From an uncultured Gemmatimonadales bacterium (GTDB taxonomy: Bacteria > Gemmatimonadota > Gemmatimonadetes > Gemmatimonadales > GWC2-71-9): a stretch of 64,000 bases of DNA. A program made the position numbers and the translations under genes. Below the pieces are notes generated by a model. The model had not been told where the DNA came from, ran no database searches, and worked only from the letters and a program-made list of their open reading frames with translations. Of this stretch, positions 1-10,805 are shown in pieces. Where the stretch lies: contig CAWJIM010000016.1 in NCBI GenBank assembly GCA_963842945.1, positions 128,001-192,000 on the forward strand, read 5' to 3'. The stretch's first letter is position 1. The number at the start of each line of letters is the position of its first letter.

Positions 1-1148
1 CTCCGACCCAGCCCGTTGTACAGCATGGTCATGAGGATGGCCACGAACGGAATGGGCACCAGCTCGGGCCGACCCGGGAAGAAGCTGGACAGCGCCGCCG
101 TCAGCAGTACCACCAAGGCAAACAGCGCGCCCAGGAAAATCATTTCCCGCAGGTGGGCGTAGCTCTCCCGCCGGTAGACTGCGATCAGGAGCCAGAAGCC
201 GCTCAGGACCAGGCCATTGAAGAGCAGCGCTCCCGCCGCGCTCCGAACGGCGAGGCCGCCGCTGCCCCTCCGGCGATGCTCTTCGAGCATGGTGACCAGC
301 TTGGCGTGCGCCTCCTCGGTGATCGGCTCGCCGGCGCGGACGATGCGCTCGCCGGTTCGAACCGAGTACTTGATCGGATTGACGCTGCCCCGCAGCTGGG
401 ACCGGCGGGCCACGGTGACGAGGGGATCGAGCACGATGGTCGGCTGATAGAATGCGCCCACCAGACGGCGCAAGGTGCGCTGGCCCACCGCGGTGGGCAG
501 GTTGAGTCCCGCCGCCTCGGCCTGCTCCATGAGGTCGGCAAAGGTGAGAATGGAATCTCGCGGGATGATCCGTTCGGTCTCGCCCCGGCGCAGTGCGATG
601 GTCGGGCTGACCTCGCCTCGTATCGCCCCGGCATCGGCCACGCCGCGGGAAAGCGCCTCTGCCAGGAAATGGGTGCTCAGCTCCTGGATCTGCCGCCGAT
701 TGGTAGAGTCGGTAAGAAATCGGGTTTCCTCGGGACCCAAACGGAGCCGAGCAGCCACAGCCTGGGCCACGGAGTCGGGTCCACCCCTCTCGGCGGCCTT
801 GGCGAGATCGGCAAAGAAGCCGCGGGCGGCGGCGAGCGAGGAATCGTAGGCGGTGGGGCTGAAGCGGTAGACCGGTTGCGCGGTGAGCGCGCGGGACTCA
901 CCTTCCCGTGCGATTTCCTCGGGTGACTTGCGCACCTCATACGCAAAGGGCGCCACCACTGATTGCTTGGAGATCTGGCCCACAGCCGGAACCGGAGTCC
1001 CAATGCCGATGAGCGGCGGAAAGGCGAGATAGGTAAGAAAGGCTACGGCCAGCAGCGGAGCCCAGCGCGCCAGGTGGTACCGGGCGCGTTCCCGGAGCGT
1101 TGCACCGCCCAGATTGACCCAGACTCGCGCGCTGGAGCGTCGAGCCAT
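1..1148 (-). CDS. 7TM-HD (HDIG) family membrane phosphohydrolase, PgpH-like; N-terminal part, runs off the window edge
   Basis: Hand translation from ATG at 1148 (overlaps the phoH TGA): [45 protein letters not shown]...VVAPFAYEVRKSPEEIAREGE. TM helix, long extracellular region, then TM helices near the window start. Typical position directly after phoH. The HD domain itself is outside the window. Confidence 0.7.
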   Translation of the reverse strand, partial: MARRSSARVWVNLGGATLRERARYHLARWAPLLAVAFLTYLAFPPLIGIGTPVPAVGQISKQSVVAPFAYEVRKSPEEIAREGESRALTAQPVYRFSPTAYDSSLAAARGFFADLAKAAERGGPDSVAQAVAARLRLGPEETRFLTDSTNRRQIQELSTHFLAEALSRGVADAGAIRGEVSPTIALRRGETERIIPRDSILTFADLMEQAEAAGLNLPTAVGQRTLRRLVGAFYQPTIVLDPLVTVARRSQLRGSVNPIKYSVRTGERIVRAGEPITEEAHAKLVTMLEEHRRRGSGGLAVRSAAGALLFNGLVLSGFWLLIAVYRRESYAHLREMIFLGALFALVVLLTAALSSFFPGRPELVPIPFVAILMTMLYNGLGR

Positions 1149-2102
1149 CAGCCGCTCTGATCCTCCGCGTAAGCCTTGATGATCTCGCGCACGAGCCGGT
1201 GTCGCACCACGTCGGTCTCGTGCAGGTAACAAAACGCGATCCCCTCGATGCCGGGGAGCACCCGCTCCACCTGGATCAGCCCGGAGTCCTCCCGCTGCGG
1301 CAGATCGATCTGGGTCTTGTCGCCGGTGACGACGGTCTTGCTATTCACGCCTAATCGGGTGAGGAACATCTTCATCTGGGCGCCGGTGGCGTTCTGCGCC
1401 TCGTCGAGGATGATGAACGCGTCGGCCAGAGTACGCCCACGCATGTAGGCCAGCGGAGCGATCTCGATCGTACGGGTCTCCAGCGCCCGCTGCACCCGAT
1501 CGTGCGGCATCATGTCTTCGAGGGCGTCATACAGCGGACGCAGATAAGGATCCACTTTGGCCTGCAGGTCGCCCTGGCAGGAAACCGAGCGACTCGCCGG
1601 CCTCCACCGCGGGGCGAGCGAGGATGATTCGCTTGACCCGCTTCCGGGCCAGTGCTTCGACCGCCTTGGCCACCGCGAGATATGTCTTGCCGGTGCCGGC
1701 GGGCCCGATCCCGACTACGATGTCGTGGTTGCTGATGGCCTGGAGGTAGTCGCGCTGGCCCTGGGTCTTGGGCACGATAGCGCGGCGCAGCCCAGGAAGG
1801 ACGATCTTCCCGTCGGCCGTCTGGGCGGGGAGCTCGCCGGAGGTGCCCTCGGCGGCCAGGCGGGACACGTCGTCCGGGGTGACCGGCTCACCCATCCGGG
1901 CCAGGTCGAGCAACCCCTGGATGACAGGTCCCGCGCGCTCCACCTGGTCCGGCGTGCCCGACAAGGTCACTGCGTCACCCCGAAGGGAGACTCGCACGCC
2001 TAGGGCGCGCTGGAGCTCGAGCAGGTTGCTGTCATTGACGCCGGCGAACAGGAGGGGATCGGCCCCCTCGGCGGACATTCTGGTCTGGATGTCGTCAGCC
2101 AT
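1148..2102 (-). CDS. phoH: PhoH family ATPase (one frameshift near 1573)
   Basis: GPAGTGKT Walker A and [15 protein letters not shown] in ORF 1527-2102; [41 protein letters not shown] in ORF 1148-1555. Confidence 0.95.
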
Positions 2103-2110
2103 ATTTCCAA

Positions 2111-2172
2111 GGTAAGCGGTAAGCGGGGAGCCGTAAGCGGTAGCCGCTCACTGCTCACCCTCACCGCTCACG
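2111..2172. repeat. Inverted array of degenerate 7-bp tandem repeats (GGTAAGC-type, then GCTCACC-type)
   Basis: GGTAAGC GGTAAGC GGGGAGC CGTAAGC GGTAGCC, then GCTCACT GCTCACC CTCACC GCTCAC, between aspS and phoH. Confidence 0.8.
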
Positions 2173-3935
2173 CTTCGCCTCCAGGTGTAGGGCCTTCAGG
2201 TCCGCGGCATCAACCGGGCTCGGGGCTCCTTCGAACAGAGCTCGTTGCGCCGTCGTTTTGGGAAACGCAATGACATCGCGCAGCGATTCGGCCTGCGCCA
2301 GGAGCATGACGATCCGATCAAGACCAAAAGCAAACCCGCCGTGGGGGGGAGCCCCTGCCCTGAGTCCCTCCAGCAGAAATCCGAACCGCTGCTCCGCCTG
2401 TTGCTCGGGAATGCCGAGCAGGGAAAAGACCCGCCGCTGGAGAGAAGGATCGGCGATTCTGAGACTGCCCCCACCCAGCTCGGTGCCATTCAATACCATG
2501 TCGTAGGCCAGCGCGCGCACCCGTTCCGGGGCTGACTCGAGCAGCGGCAGATCGTCCGGATCCGGAGCGGTGAATGGATGGTTCACCGAATTCAACGCTC
2601 CGGTTTTCGGATCGCGCTCGAACAGCGGGAAGTCGATGATCCAGACGAATCGGTTCTGGCCCTCATCGATGAGGTTGAGCCTGGTGGCCACTTCGCTCCT
2701 CACCCGGTCCAGCGCCGGGCTGGAGACGTGGTCCGGCCCGGCCACCAGGAGCGCCAGGTCTCCATCGTGAAGCCCGAGACGACCGGACGCCTCGGTGGGG
2801 AGAAACTTGGCGGCAGGCCCCTCGAGGGCCCCCCCGGTAGCCTTGAGCCGCAATAGCCCCGCTGCTCCCGAGCGCCTTGGCAGCGGCTTCGACCTCGTCG
2901 AGCTGCTTACGACTGAGGGACGCCCCACCACTGACCCGGATTCCCCGCACCCGCCCGCCGGCTTCGATCGCTTTGCGGGTGACGGTAAAGTCGGACCCAC
3001 GGAAGGCCGTCCGTAGCATCGAAAATCTCCAGACCGTAGCGCAGATCCGGTTTATCGGTGCCGTATTTCTCCATCGCATCGGCGTGGCGGAGGCGTGGGA
3101 TGGGCAGCGACAGCTGGTGCCCCCCCTCGGACCAGAGCGTCTGCACCAGACCTTCACCGAACGCCAGCACGTCTTCCAGGCCGATGAAAGACGCCTCGAT
3201 GTCGATCTGGGTGAACTCAGGCTGACGGTCTGCCCGTAGATCCTCGTCCCGAAAGCAGCGGGCGATCTGAAAGTATCGGTCGAGTCCGGCCATCATCAGG
3301 AGCTGTTTGTATAGCTGAGGAGACTGGGGCAGCGCGAAGAACTCACCGGGGTGCACCCGGCTGGGCACCAGATAGTCGCGGGCACCTTCCGGCGTCGGCT
3401 TGGTGAGGATGGGTGTCTCGATCTCGAGAAACCCGTGCTGGTCGAAATACCGGCGGGTGGCCTGCATCAACCGATGGCGCAGGATCAGGTTCTGATGCAG
3501 CTCGGGACGGCGGAGATCGAGAACCCGGTGGCGGAGCCGGAGCTCCTCGGCGGGGAGCTCCTCCTTCTCCTTGCGAGCCACCGGAATGATGGGGGTCTGG
3601 GCTGGCCCGACGATCTCGAGTGCCGTGGCATGGACCTCGACCTCGCGGGAGCCGAGACGCTGGTCGCGCGACGGCTCGGGCCGCAGCGCCACAGTGCCGG
3701 TCACCAGCACCACCGTTTCCGCGCCCAGGCCGGCGGCGCGCTCTATCACCTCGGGCGACGTCCACTCCGGATTGAAGGAGAGCTGCACCAGCCCGGCCCG
3801 GTCGCGGAGATCGACGAACACGAGTCCGCCCAGATCACGCCGGCGGTGCACCCACCCGCCTAGGCGGACCTGCTGGCCCAGCTGCTCTCGGGTGAGCGCA
3901 CCGCCCCGATGGGTCCTGAGTGCGGTAGCCCCCAT
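2161..3935 (-). CDS. aspS: Aspartate--tRNA ligase (frameshifts near 3005 and 2870)
   Basis: GWVHRRRDLGGLVFVDLRD, PEGARDYLVPSR, LPQSPQLYKQLLM, ARCFRDEDLRADRQPEFTQIDIE, YGTDKPDLR, GAPPHGGFAFGLDR, DVIAFPKT spread over three frames. Confidence 0.97.
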
Positions 3936-4393
3936 CAGACGCGGGTTTCCGCCTCGGCGACGACGGCGCAAAACTCCTGAGCCGTGGCGGAGGCGCATAA
4001 CTGCTGGCGGAGGTCCTCTCGCCGCACGAGCCGGGCTATCCGACTCAGGACTTTCACGTGCTGACCGGCGGAAGACTCAGGGCCCACGATGAGGAAGAAG
4101 AGGCGGACGGGCTCTCCATCGATTGAGTCATAGGGAACCGGCAGTGCGCTTACCCCGCACACGACTGTGAGCTCCCGAACCGCGGCCGAGCGGGCGTGCG
4201 GAATGGCTACTCCGAAGCCAATTCCGGTGCTCTGAACGGCTTCACGCTCCTCGACGGCTCCGAGTACTTCGGCGAAGGCTCCGCCGGAATGATCGGTCAG
4301 GTGGTGAATGAGCTCGGCGATGACACCAGCCTTGTCGCGGGCGGCCAGGGGGATCACTATCCGCTCTGGCGTAAGAAACTCAGTCAGGAGCAC
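3935..4393 (-). CDS. PTS EIIA (fructose/mannitol/Ntr-type) domain protein
   Basis: EREAVQSTGIGFGVAIPHAR phospho-His motif, DGEPVRLFFL, HVKVLSRIAR; probable GTG start at 4393. Confidence 0.9.
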   Translation of the reverse strand: MLLTEFLTPERIVIPLAARDKAGVIAELIHHLTDHSGGAFAEVLGAVEEREAVQSTGIGFGVAIPHARSAAVRELTVVCGVSALPVPYDSIDGEPVRLFFLIVGPESSAGQHVKVLSRIARLVRREDLRQQLCASATAQEFCAVVAEAETRV

Positions 4394-4536
4394 AGGCGAC
4401 CCTAGGCGGCATGCGGTCAAACCTAAACCGCGTGGTAAAGAGGGGCAATGCGTTATTGCTGTTGAGCTTAGACGTATAATCCGGAACCATGACAATCCGG
4501 CAACTCACGGCAGAGGCGCGCGATTAAGTTTCGCCG

Positions 4537-5615
4537 ATGGCAGCAGCTTCGCTCGATCGATCACGCCCTGATAGCCTGCTGGATCTCTCCCCAGCCACCA
4601 CCCGCACCACTCTGGCGCGTTGGGTCGGAGATCGCGGACTTCCGGCCTACCGGGCTCGCCAGATCCACCGACGTCTCTGGCAAGTGCCAATCACGTCGTG
4701 GGCGGAGCGACGGACCTGCCCGCGCAGCTCCGAGCCGAGCTGGATCGAGATTTTCCGTTGCCCAGGCTGACATCCGACACCATTCAGCAGTCCGCCGATG
4801 GAACTCGCAAATATCTCTGGCGCCTGACCGACGGCGAGGCCATCGAGTCGGTCCTGATCCCAACAGGCAGCCGTCGCACGCTCTGTATTTCTTCGCAGGC
4901 AGGCTGTGCCCTGGGCTGTACCTTCTGCGCCACCGGGCGCATGGGATTCCGGCGCAACCTCACTCCCTTCGAGATCGCCGGCCAGGTTCGGGAAATTGTG
5001 CTGGCCAATCCGGACGAGAAGCCAACCAATATTGTCTTCATGGGCATGGGCGAGCCGCTGCTGAACTGGCCCTCGGTGGACACTGCGCTCAGCATCTTCA
5101 ACAGTCCTGAGGGCTTCGAGATCGGAGCCCGGCACATCACCGTCTCCACTGTGGGGATCATTCCCGGAATGGTCGAATTCGCCAAGCGGCCGGAGCAGTT
5201 CCGTCTGGCGATCTCGCTCCATGCTCCGACATCGCAGCAGCGCCGGGGCATCATGCCGATCGAGAAGAAGTACGATCTCGAGGCGGTGCTCAAAGCAGCG
5301 GAAGTATTCCGCAAGCGGATCACTTTTGAGTACGTGATGATCGGAGGATTCAATGACACCGATCAGGATGCGGACGAGCTGGCCAGGCTGGCGCGTCGCA
5401 TGGGTGCGCTGGTGAACATCCTGCCACTGCACCCTGGCGGCGCGCCGGACCTGACGCCGACCACCGCGTCGCGAATTCGCATATTTGCCGATCGGCTGCG
5501 GAATCAGGGAATCGAGGCGGTGGTACGCCGAAGTCGTGGACTGGACATCAATGCGGCCTGCGGGCAGCTGAGAGTCGAGATCGAAAGGAAGAGGAGACGT
5601 GAGCTACAACCGTGA
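4537..5615 (+). CDS. rlmN: 23S rRNA (A2503-C2)/tRNA methyltransferase RlmN (frameshift near 4705)
   Basis: CISSQAGCALGCTFCATG radical-SAM motif, FMGMGEP, ISLHAP, DINAACGQL; N-terminus in ORF 4537-4770. Confidence 0.95.
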
Positions 5616-5668
5616 GCGGGACTAGGAAAGCGTGAGCGGTAAGCGGGCTCGCCCTCATTCCGCTTACC
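5598..5668. repeat. Degenerate heptamer array (CGTGAGC/GGTAAGC), left flank of the four-helix-bundle remnant
   Basis: CGTGAGC at 5598, 5611 and 5631; GGTAAGC at 5638; inverted CCGCTTACC at 5660. Confidence 0.6.
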
Positions 5669-5679
5669 TCGCCTGAGCA

Positions 5680-6082
5680 TGCCGAGGACTAGCTTCTACT
5701 CATGCGATTTCGGCAAAGGAGGTGCACGCCGACCGCATTAGGGATAACTCCGGCATCGAGTGCAGATTCTCCTGGTAGCTCCTCCGTTTCGAGCTGCTGA
5801 TCCATAAGCGATTGCGAGATGTCTCATAATGTCGGCGTTTCTCAGTGTATCAACTCAGCGATATCGAGCTGGACAGAAGGATACTCATTTGGAGCTCGCC
5901 AACTTTCACAGAGCATCTCGGGATCGCGTATGGTTCCGCGGTCGAGGCCAGGTTGATCACTCCTAAGACTACCGCTCTAGCTTCTCCACGAATAAGGAGA
6001 GGTACTCCGGCCAGACGTAGTCCATCCTATTCTGAAACACGCTCAGCGCACTGAACGATTCTCTAGGTATGCTGAAACTGAG
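5680..6082 (+). pseudogene. Degraded or garbled four-helix-bundle protein gene (23S rRNA IVP / TIGR02436-like)
   Basis: Fragments in adjacent frames: EGYSFG..PTFTEHLGIAYGSAVE (about 5876-5946) and GMLK near 6070. These resemble the family EG...F..HL.IA.GS..E pattern. No intact ORF; lower GC than neighbours. Confidence 0.55.
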
Positions 6083-6104
6083 GAGGGGCATTTTACCATC
6101 TTAG

Positions 6105-6150
6105 CCGCTCCAGCTCACGGTCCACCCGTTCACGTTTACCCTTCACCCCA
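6105..6150. repeat. Degenerate heptamer array (GCTCACG/GTTTACC/CTTCACC), inverted relative to 5598-5644
   Basis: gctcacg gtccacc cgttcac gtttacc cttcacc immediately after the ppc stop. Confidence 0.6.
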
Positions 6151-6152
6151 TC

Positions 6153-8921
6153 TCATCCCGTCGCCCCGAATCCCGCGGCAATCGTATTGATCGACAACAG
6201 CAGCGCGGACAGTTGTTCTTCCTGAGACTTGTCGCCGCCCGATTCCCGAAACCGCCGCAATAACTCGATCTGTTGCCGACTCACCTGGTTGATGGTGGGC
6301 AGCCGCCGCGCCAGTCGCCGCCGGAACCTGGGATAGCGCTCGACCAGCTCGCTTGCACCGCTGATCTTGAGCACCGCCTCGACCGTCCGCTGGTACTCCT
6401 CCTCAACCAGCGTCAGGATGGTGTTTCGCACCCCGGCATCGGGCACCAGCTCGGCATACTCCCGGGCGATCTCGAGATCCACATACGTCAGCGTCTTCTC
6501 CACTTCATCGACGACCAGCCGAAATAGCCGTGACTCGGTGAACATCCGATCCAGCAGCGCGGCCCCGCGTTGGCCGCGCACCTGGAGGAAGGTGAGAATA
6601 CCGCTTCCCACGCCGTACCAGCCGGGTACAAAGTGCCGGTTCTGCGACCAGGCAAACACCCAGGGGATGGCTCTGAGATCGCTCAGGGATCGGGCTCCGA
6701 ACCTCCGGGCCGGCCGGGAGCCCAGGTTGAGCATGGACAGCTCTTCCAGCGGACTGGCGGCCTGATAATAGGCCAGCAGATCCGGATGGTCGATCAGACC
6801 GCGATACGATGCCTGCGCCGCTCCCGAGAGCGCCTCCATGGCTTCGTCGAACTCCGCCGTGGGCGCCAGGGCCTTCTCGCGTTCCGACTTGACCGAGTGT
6901 TCCACCACACTCGCGGCCAACAGTTCGATCTGATATTGGGCTGTCCCCCGGTTGGCGTACTTGAAGGACACCACTTCGCCCTGTTCGGTGATCCGCATCC
7001 GCCCCTGGATCGAGCCGGCCGGTTGCGCCGCGATGGCCCGGCCGGTGGGCGCTCCCCCCCGGCTGACCGATCCCCCGCGCCCATGAAAGAAGGCAATGGG
7101 AATTCCGGCTTCCTGACCGAGGCGAGTGAGCTTGATCTGCGCCTTGCTCAGCTCCCAATTGGACGTGAGAAAGCCGCCGTCCTTGTTGGAGTCGGAGTAG
7201 CCGATCATCACTTCCTGCACCCCGCCTTGCGTCCGAACGCTCCGGCGAACCAGAGGCACGGAGAGCAGCTCGCGCATGATGGCGGGAGCCCGCTGAAGAT
7301 CCTCGATGGTCTCGAACAGCGGCACGATCGGAAGGGTGCAGCTCTCGGTTCCTGAGGTATCGGCAAAGAGGCCGGCGTGTTTCGCCAGAAGGTAGGCACC
7401 CAGCACGTCGCTCACACTTCGGGTCATACTGAGCACGAAGCTCCCAAAAGCCTCGCGGTCGATCTCCTCCCGAAGCTGCCGGACCAGTTGAAACATGCCC
7501 AGGGTCTCGGCCGACTCCGGCGGGAGTTCCGGTGCCTGCGCGTTCCGCGGCAGCGGACGGCCCAGCTCGGTCGTGATCCAGCGCCTCCACGCGTCAGAGT
7601 CTTCATCGGGAGGATCGCCTGCATTTGACTGGCGCCAAAGGTCGGCCAGGGCAGCGCGGAGCTTGGTCGTGTTCTCCCGCACGTCGAGACGCACGGTACT
7701 GAAGCGGAACGACTCGACTTCCCGCCGAACCGGCCGCACCAGTGTCGCGGCCAGCGAAACGCTCCCGGCCGAGCTGAGTGCGTCTTCGATTCGGCGCAGG
7801 TCACTGGCAAGAGCGTCGGCGGAGGAATAGCCTTGCGGACTGGTGACGATCTCGCCCCGCTCGGCGCCGGTCACCATCACATCCAGTCGCCCCAGCATGC
7901 AGGCGAGATACTGGCGGAACACTTCGCCCGGGTTGCGGGCCGCGATCTCGTCGCCCTCTCCGCTTGCCGCCAGCTCCTTCTCCAGCGCCGCCCGAAAGCT
8001 CTCGGGCACCGGCATGGCGCGCTCGGTGATGCTGAGCGCCCTGACCAGCTCTCCCAGACGGCGGCGGTAGCGGCGGAGTCCGGTGAGCCGATTCTCCAGC
8101 AGAGTACCCCGGGTCACCGCGTTGGTGACGAACGGATTGCCGTCGCGATCGCCACCGACCCAGGAGCCGAACTGAAAGAAGGGGGGCACCTGAAACGACT
8201 CTCCGGGATACGCCTGTGCCAGGGCCCGCTCCAGCTTTTCCAGCAGATCGGGCACGGACTCGAAGAGGGTCTCGTTGAAGAAGTGAAGCGCCCAGAACAC
8301 CTCCTGGGGCACCGTCGGCTTGACCAGGCGCAGCTCACCGGTGTTCCAGAGCAGCTCGATCTCGTTCTGTAATCCTGCTACCAGTGCCTGACGCTCGCGC
8401 GGGGTCCACCGGGGCGACTCCAGATCCACCAGGCGGCGATAGATGCGGCGGTGTTTTTCGAGAACGGTGACCCGTTTGGCTTCGGTGGGATGGGCGGTGA
8501 TCACGGGGCGAACCCTAAGGATCTCCAGCAGCTTCCGCAGCTCGTCGGCGGAGATCTTTGCGGCGGCCGCGCTGGAGATCACCTGGGCAAAGGTGCCCCG
8601 CACCTGGTCATACCCCCGGTCGACTTCCGTCTGCCGCCGCCGGCGCATGCCCGCATTCTGCTCGGCGATGCTCAGCAGCTGGAACCAGAGGCCCTGCACC
8701 TGAAGAGTTCGGGCCAGCAGATCGGGGCTGAGCTCGGAGGCGGGGCGTTCGCCGCGCAGTGCCGACTCCAACTCCGGTTGCCGCTCCCGTACCAGGCCGA
8801 GGAGCAAGCCGGAGAGAAGCTCGACAACCTCGTTGGCGTATGCGGCCGCGCTGGCGGCCGCCGGATCGGCCGACTCGGGAAGACCGACGGCGGAGAAGGG
8901 ATCGAGCAGGGTCTGGGTCAC
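6153..8921 (-). CDS. ppc: Phosphoenolpyruvate carboxylase (serine-cycle type)
   Basis: VITAHPTE, GSWVGGDRDGNP, VPLFETIEDL, QEVMIGYSDSNKDGG, FHGRGGSVSRGG, LRAIPWVFAWSQ; 922 aa. Confidence 0.97.
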   Translation of the reverse strand: MTQTLLDPFSAVGLPESADPAAASAAAYANEVVELLSGLLLGLVRERQPELESALRGERPASELSPDLLARTLQVQGLWFQLLSIAEQNAGMRRRRQTEVDRGYDQVRGTFAQVISSAAAAKISADELRKLLEILRVRPVITAHPTEAKRVTVLEKHRRIYRRLVDLESPRWTPRERQALVAGLQNEIELLWNTGELRLVKPTVPQEVFWALHFFNETLFESVPDLLEKLERALAQAYPGESFQVPPFFQFGSWVGGDRDGNPFVTNAVTRGTLLENRLTGLRRYRRRLGELVRALSITERAMPVPESFRAALEKELAASGEGDEIAARNPGEVFRQYLACMLGRLDVMVTGAERGEIVTSPQGYSSADALASDLRRIEDALSSAGSVSLAATLVRPVRREVESFRFSTVRLDVRENTTKLRAALADLWRQSNAGDPPDEDSDAWRRWITTELGRPLPRNAQAPELPPESAETLGMFQLVRQLREEIDREAFGSFVLSMTRSVSDVLGAYLLAKHAGLFADTSGTESCTLPIVPLFETIEDLQRAPAIMRELLSVPLVRRSVRTQGGVQEVMIGYSDSNKDGGFLTSNWELSKAQIKLTRLGQEAGIPIAFFHGRGGSVSRGGAPTGRAIAAQPAGSIQGRMRITEQGEVVSFKYANRGTAQYQIELLAASVVEHSVKSEREKALAPTAEFDEAMEALSGAAQASYRGLIDHPDLLAYYQAASPLEELSMLNLGSRPARRFGARSLSDLRAIPWVFAWSQNRHFVPGWYGVGSGILTFLQVRGQRGAALLDRMFTESRLFRLVVDEVEKTLTYVDLEIAREYAELVPDAGVRNTILTLVEEEYQRTVEAVLKISGASELVERYPRFRRRLARRLPTINQVSRQQIELLRRFRESGGDKSQEEQLSALLLSINTIAAGFGATG

Positions 8922-9894
8922 ACGACGGGATCGCGCAGCGGCGCACCACCGAAAAATTGCCGCAGGTTTTCGACCGCTCGCTGACCCATGGCCACCCGAG
9001 TTTCGTGGGTCGCGCTACCCAGGTGGGGAAGCAGGACCACGTTCTCCATGGTGAGGAGCTCGGGCGCGATTTGCGGCTCGTGCTCATAGACGTCGAGGCC
9101 GGCCCCGGCAATCGTCCCGTCGGCAAGAGCATCTACCAAGGCGGCCTCGTCTACCACGTCACCCCGCGCGGTATTGATGAGAAAGGCGCTCCGCCGCATC
9201 CGGGCCAGGCGCTCCCGGTTCATGAGATGGCGCGTCTCCGGCGTGGCTGGGCAGTGGAGCGAAACGAAGTCCGACTCTTCCAGAACCTCTTCCGGGCTCT
9301 GCCGTGAGCTCCGCCCCGAGCGCGGCCGCTTCCGGCGCCGAGGGTGGGTATGGGTCGTGAAACAGGATCGTCATGCCGAACCCCATGTGGGCTCGACGGG
9401 CCACAGCGCGGGCGATGCGGCCCATGCCGATCAAGCCGAGAGTCTTCCCGCTGATTTGGGAACCGAGCATGTGGGTGGGACGCCATCCGGTCCAGGCTCC
9501 AGAACGCACGTGGCGCTCCCCTTCCCCAGCTCGGCGACCCACCATGAGCAGCAGGGTCATGGCGATATCGGCGGTGGCTTCGGTCAACACGTCGGGAGTG
9601 TTCGACACTGAGAGCCCGCGTGACTTGGCGGCATTGATGTCGATGTGATTGTAGCCGACGCCGAAGTTAGCCAGCATGCGGGCGCGCAGCGGCTCGGCAC
9701 TGAGGACCTCGGCGGTGAGCTTGTCCGTCACGGTGCAGAGAAGCGCGTCGGCGGTGCGCAACGCGTCCTGCAAGTCCGGCCGCTCCGAGTGGTCGATCGT
9801 CGCGGTTGAGTCTGGCGTCGAAGTCGCGGGTCAGCTCCTCCTCGACAACCAACGGCAGCCGGCGCGTCACCACCACCGTGGCGCGGCTGGTCAC
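8918..9894 (-). CDS. D-glycerate dehydrogenase / hydroxypyruvate reductase (frameshifts near 9775 and 9300)
   Basis: [67 protein letters not shown] across three ORFs. Confidence 0.9.
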
Positions 9895-10805
9895 TTCACG
9901 GCGACCGTGGTGCGCTGGGATCGCCTGGCCAGCGCCGCGGCCACTGTGATGCCGAGCTCCGCCGGACTGGGTGCCACGGTGAGTCCTGCAGTGCGCATGA
10001 TCTCGGCCTTTTCCGCCGCGGTGTCGCCGAAAGCGGAGATGATGGCCCCTGCATGGCCCATGCGGCGGCCCTTGGGCGCGGTCAGACCGGCGACATACCC
10101 GATCACCGGCTTGCTCATGCTCTCCTTCACGAAGAGCGAGCCTTCCGCTTCCTGGGGGCCGCCGATCTCGCCAATCATCATCACGGCCTCGGTCTCGGGA
10201 TCTTCCTCGAACAGCTTGAGCATGTCGACAAAGGAGCTGCCGTTGATCGGATCGCCGCCGATGCCCACACTGGTGCTCTGACCGATGCCGAGCGCGTTCA
10301 TCTGCGCCGCGGCCTCGTAACCCAGGGTTCCGCTTCGGGTCACCAGCCCGACATGGCCGCGGGAATAGATGTGGCCCGGCATGATGCCCAGCATTGCCTT
10401 TCCGGCGCTGATGATGCCGGCACAGTTGGGCCCGATCAGCGTAGTGCGCCGCTCCTTGGGAAAGCGCAGCAGGTAGCGCTTCACCATCATCATGTCCTGC
10501 GCCGGTATGCCATCGGTGATGGTACAGATGAGGCGGATGCCGGCGTTGGCCGCTTCCATGATGGAGTCGGCACAGAACGCGGCGGGCACAAAGATGATGC
10601 TGGCGGTGGCGCCGGTGGCCCGCACGGCTTCTCGAACGGTGTTGAAGACGGGGCGTTCCAGGTGCCGGGTGCCGCCCTTTCCGGGCGTCACCCCGCCCAC
10701 GATCTTGGTGCCGTACGCCATCATCTCTTTGGCGTGGAACGTGGCCTTGTCGCCGGTGAAGCCCTGCACCAGCACCCGGGTAGTTTCATCGATGAGGATG
10801 CTCAT
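9891..10805 (-). CDS. mtkB: Malate--CoA ligase (malate thiokinase) alpha subunit, SucD family
   Basis: [57 protein letters not shown]; context with mcl and sgaA. Confidence 0.88.
   Translation of the reverse strand: MSILIDETTRVLVQGFTGDKATFHAKEMMAYGTKIVGGVTPGKGGTRHLERPVFNTVREAVRATGATASIIFVPAAFCADSIMEAANAGIRLICTITDGIPAQDMMMVKRYLLRFPKERRTTLIGPNCAGIISAGKAMLGIMPGHIYSRGHVGLVTRSGTLGYEAAAQMNALGIGQSTSVGIGGDPINGSSFVDMLKLFEEDPETEAVMMIGEIGGPQEAEGSLFVKESMSKPVIGYVAGLTAPKGRRMGHAGAIISAFGDTAAEKAEIMRTAGLTVAPSPAELGITVAAALARRSQRTTVAVK

Noticed and set aside
2111..2172. CRISPR array (also considered for the other repeat patches)
   Set aside because: Units are 7-9 bp with no unique spacers, and there are no cas genes.
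5680..6082. Diversity-generating retroelement (Avd-like gene)
   Set aside because: No reverse transcriptase or template/variable repeat pair in the window.
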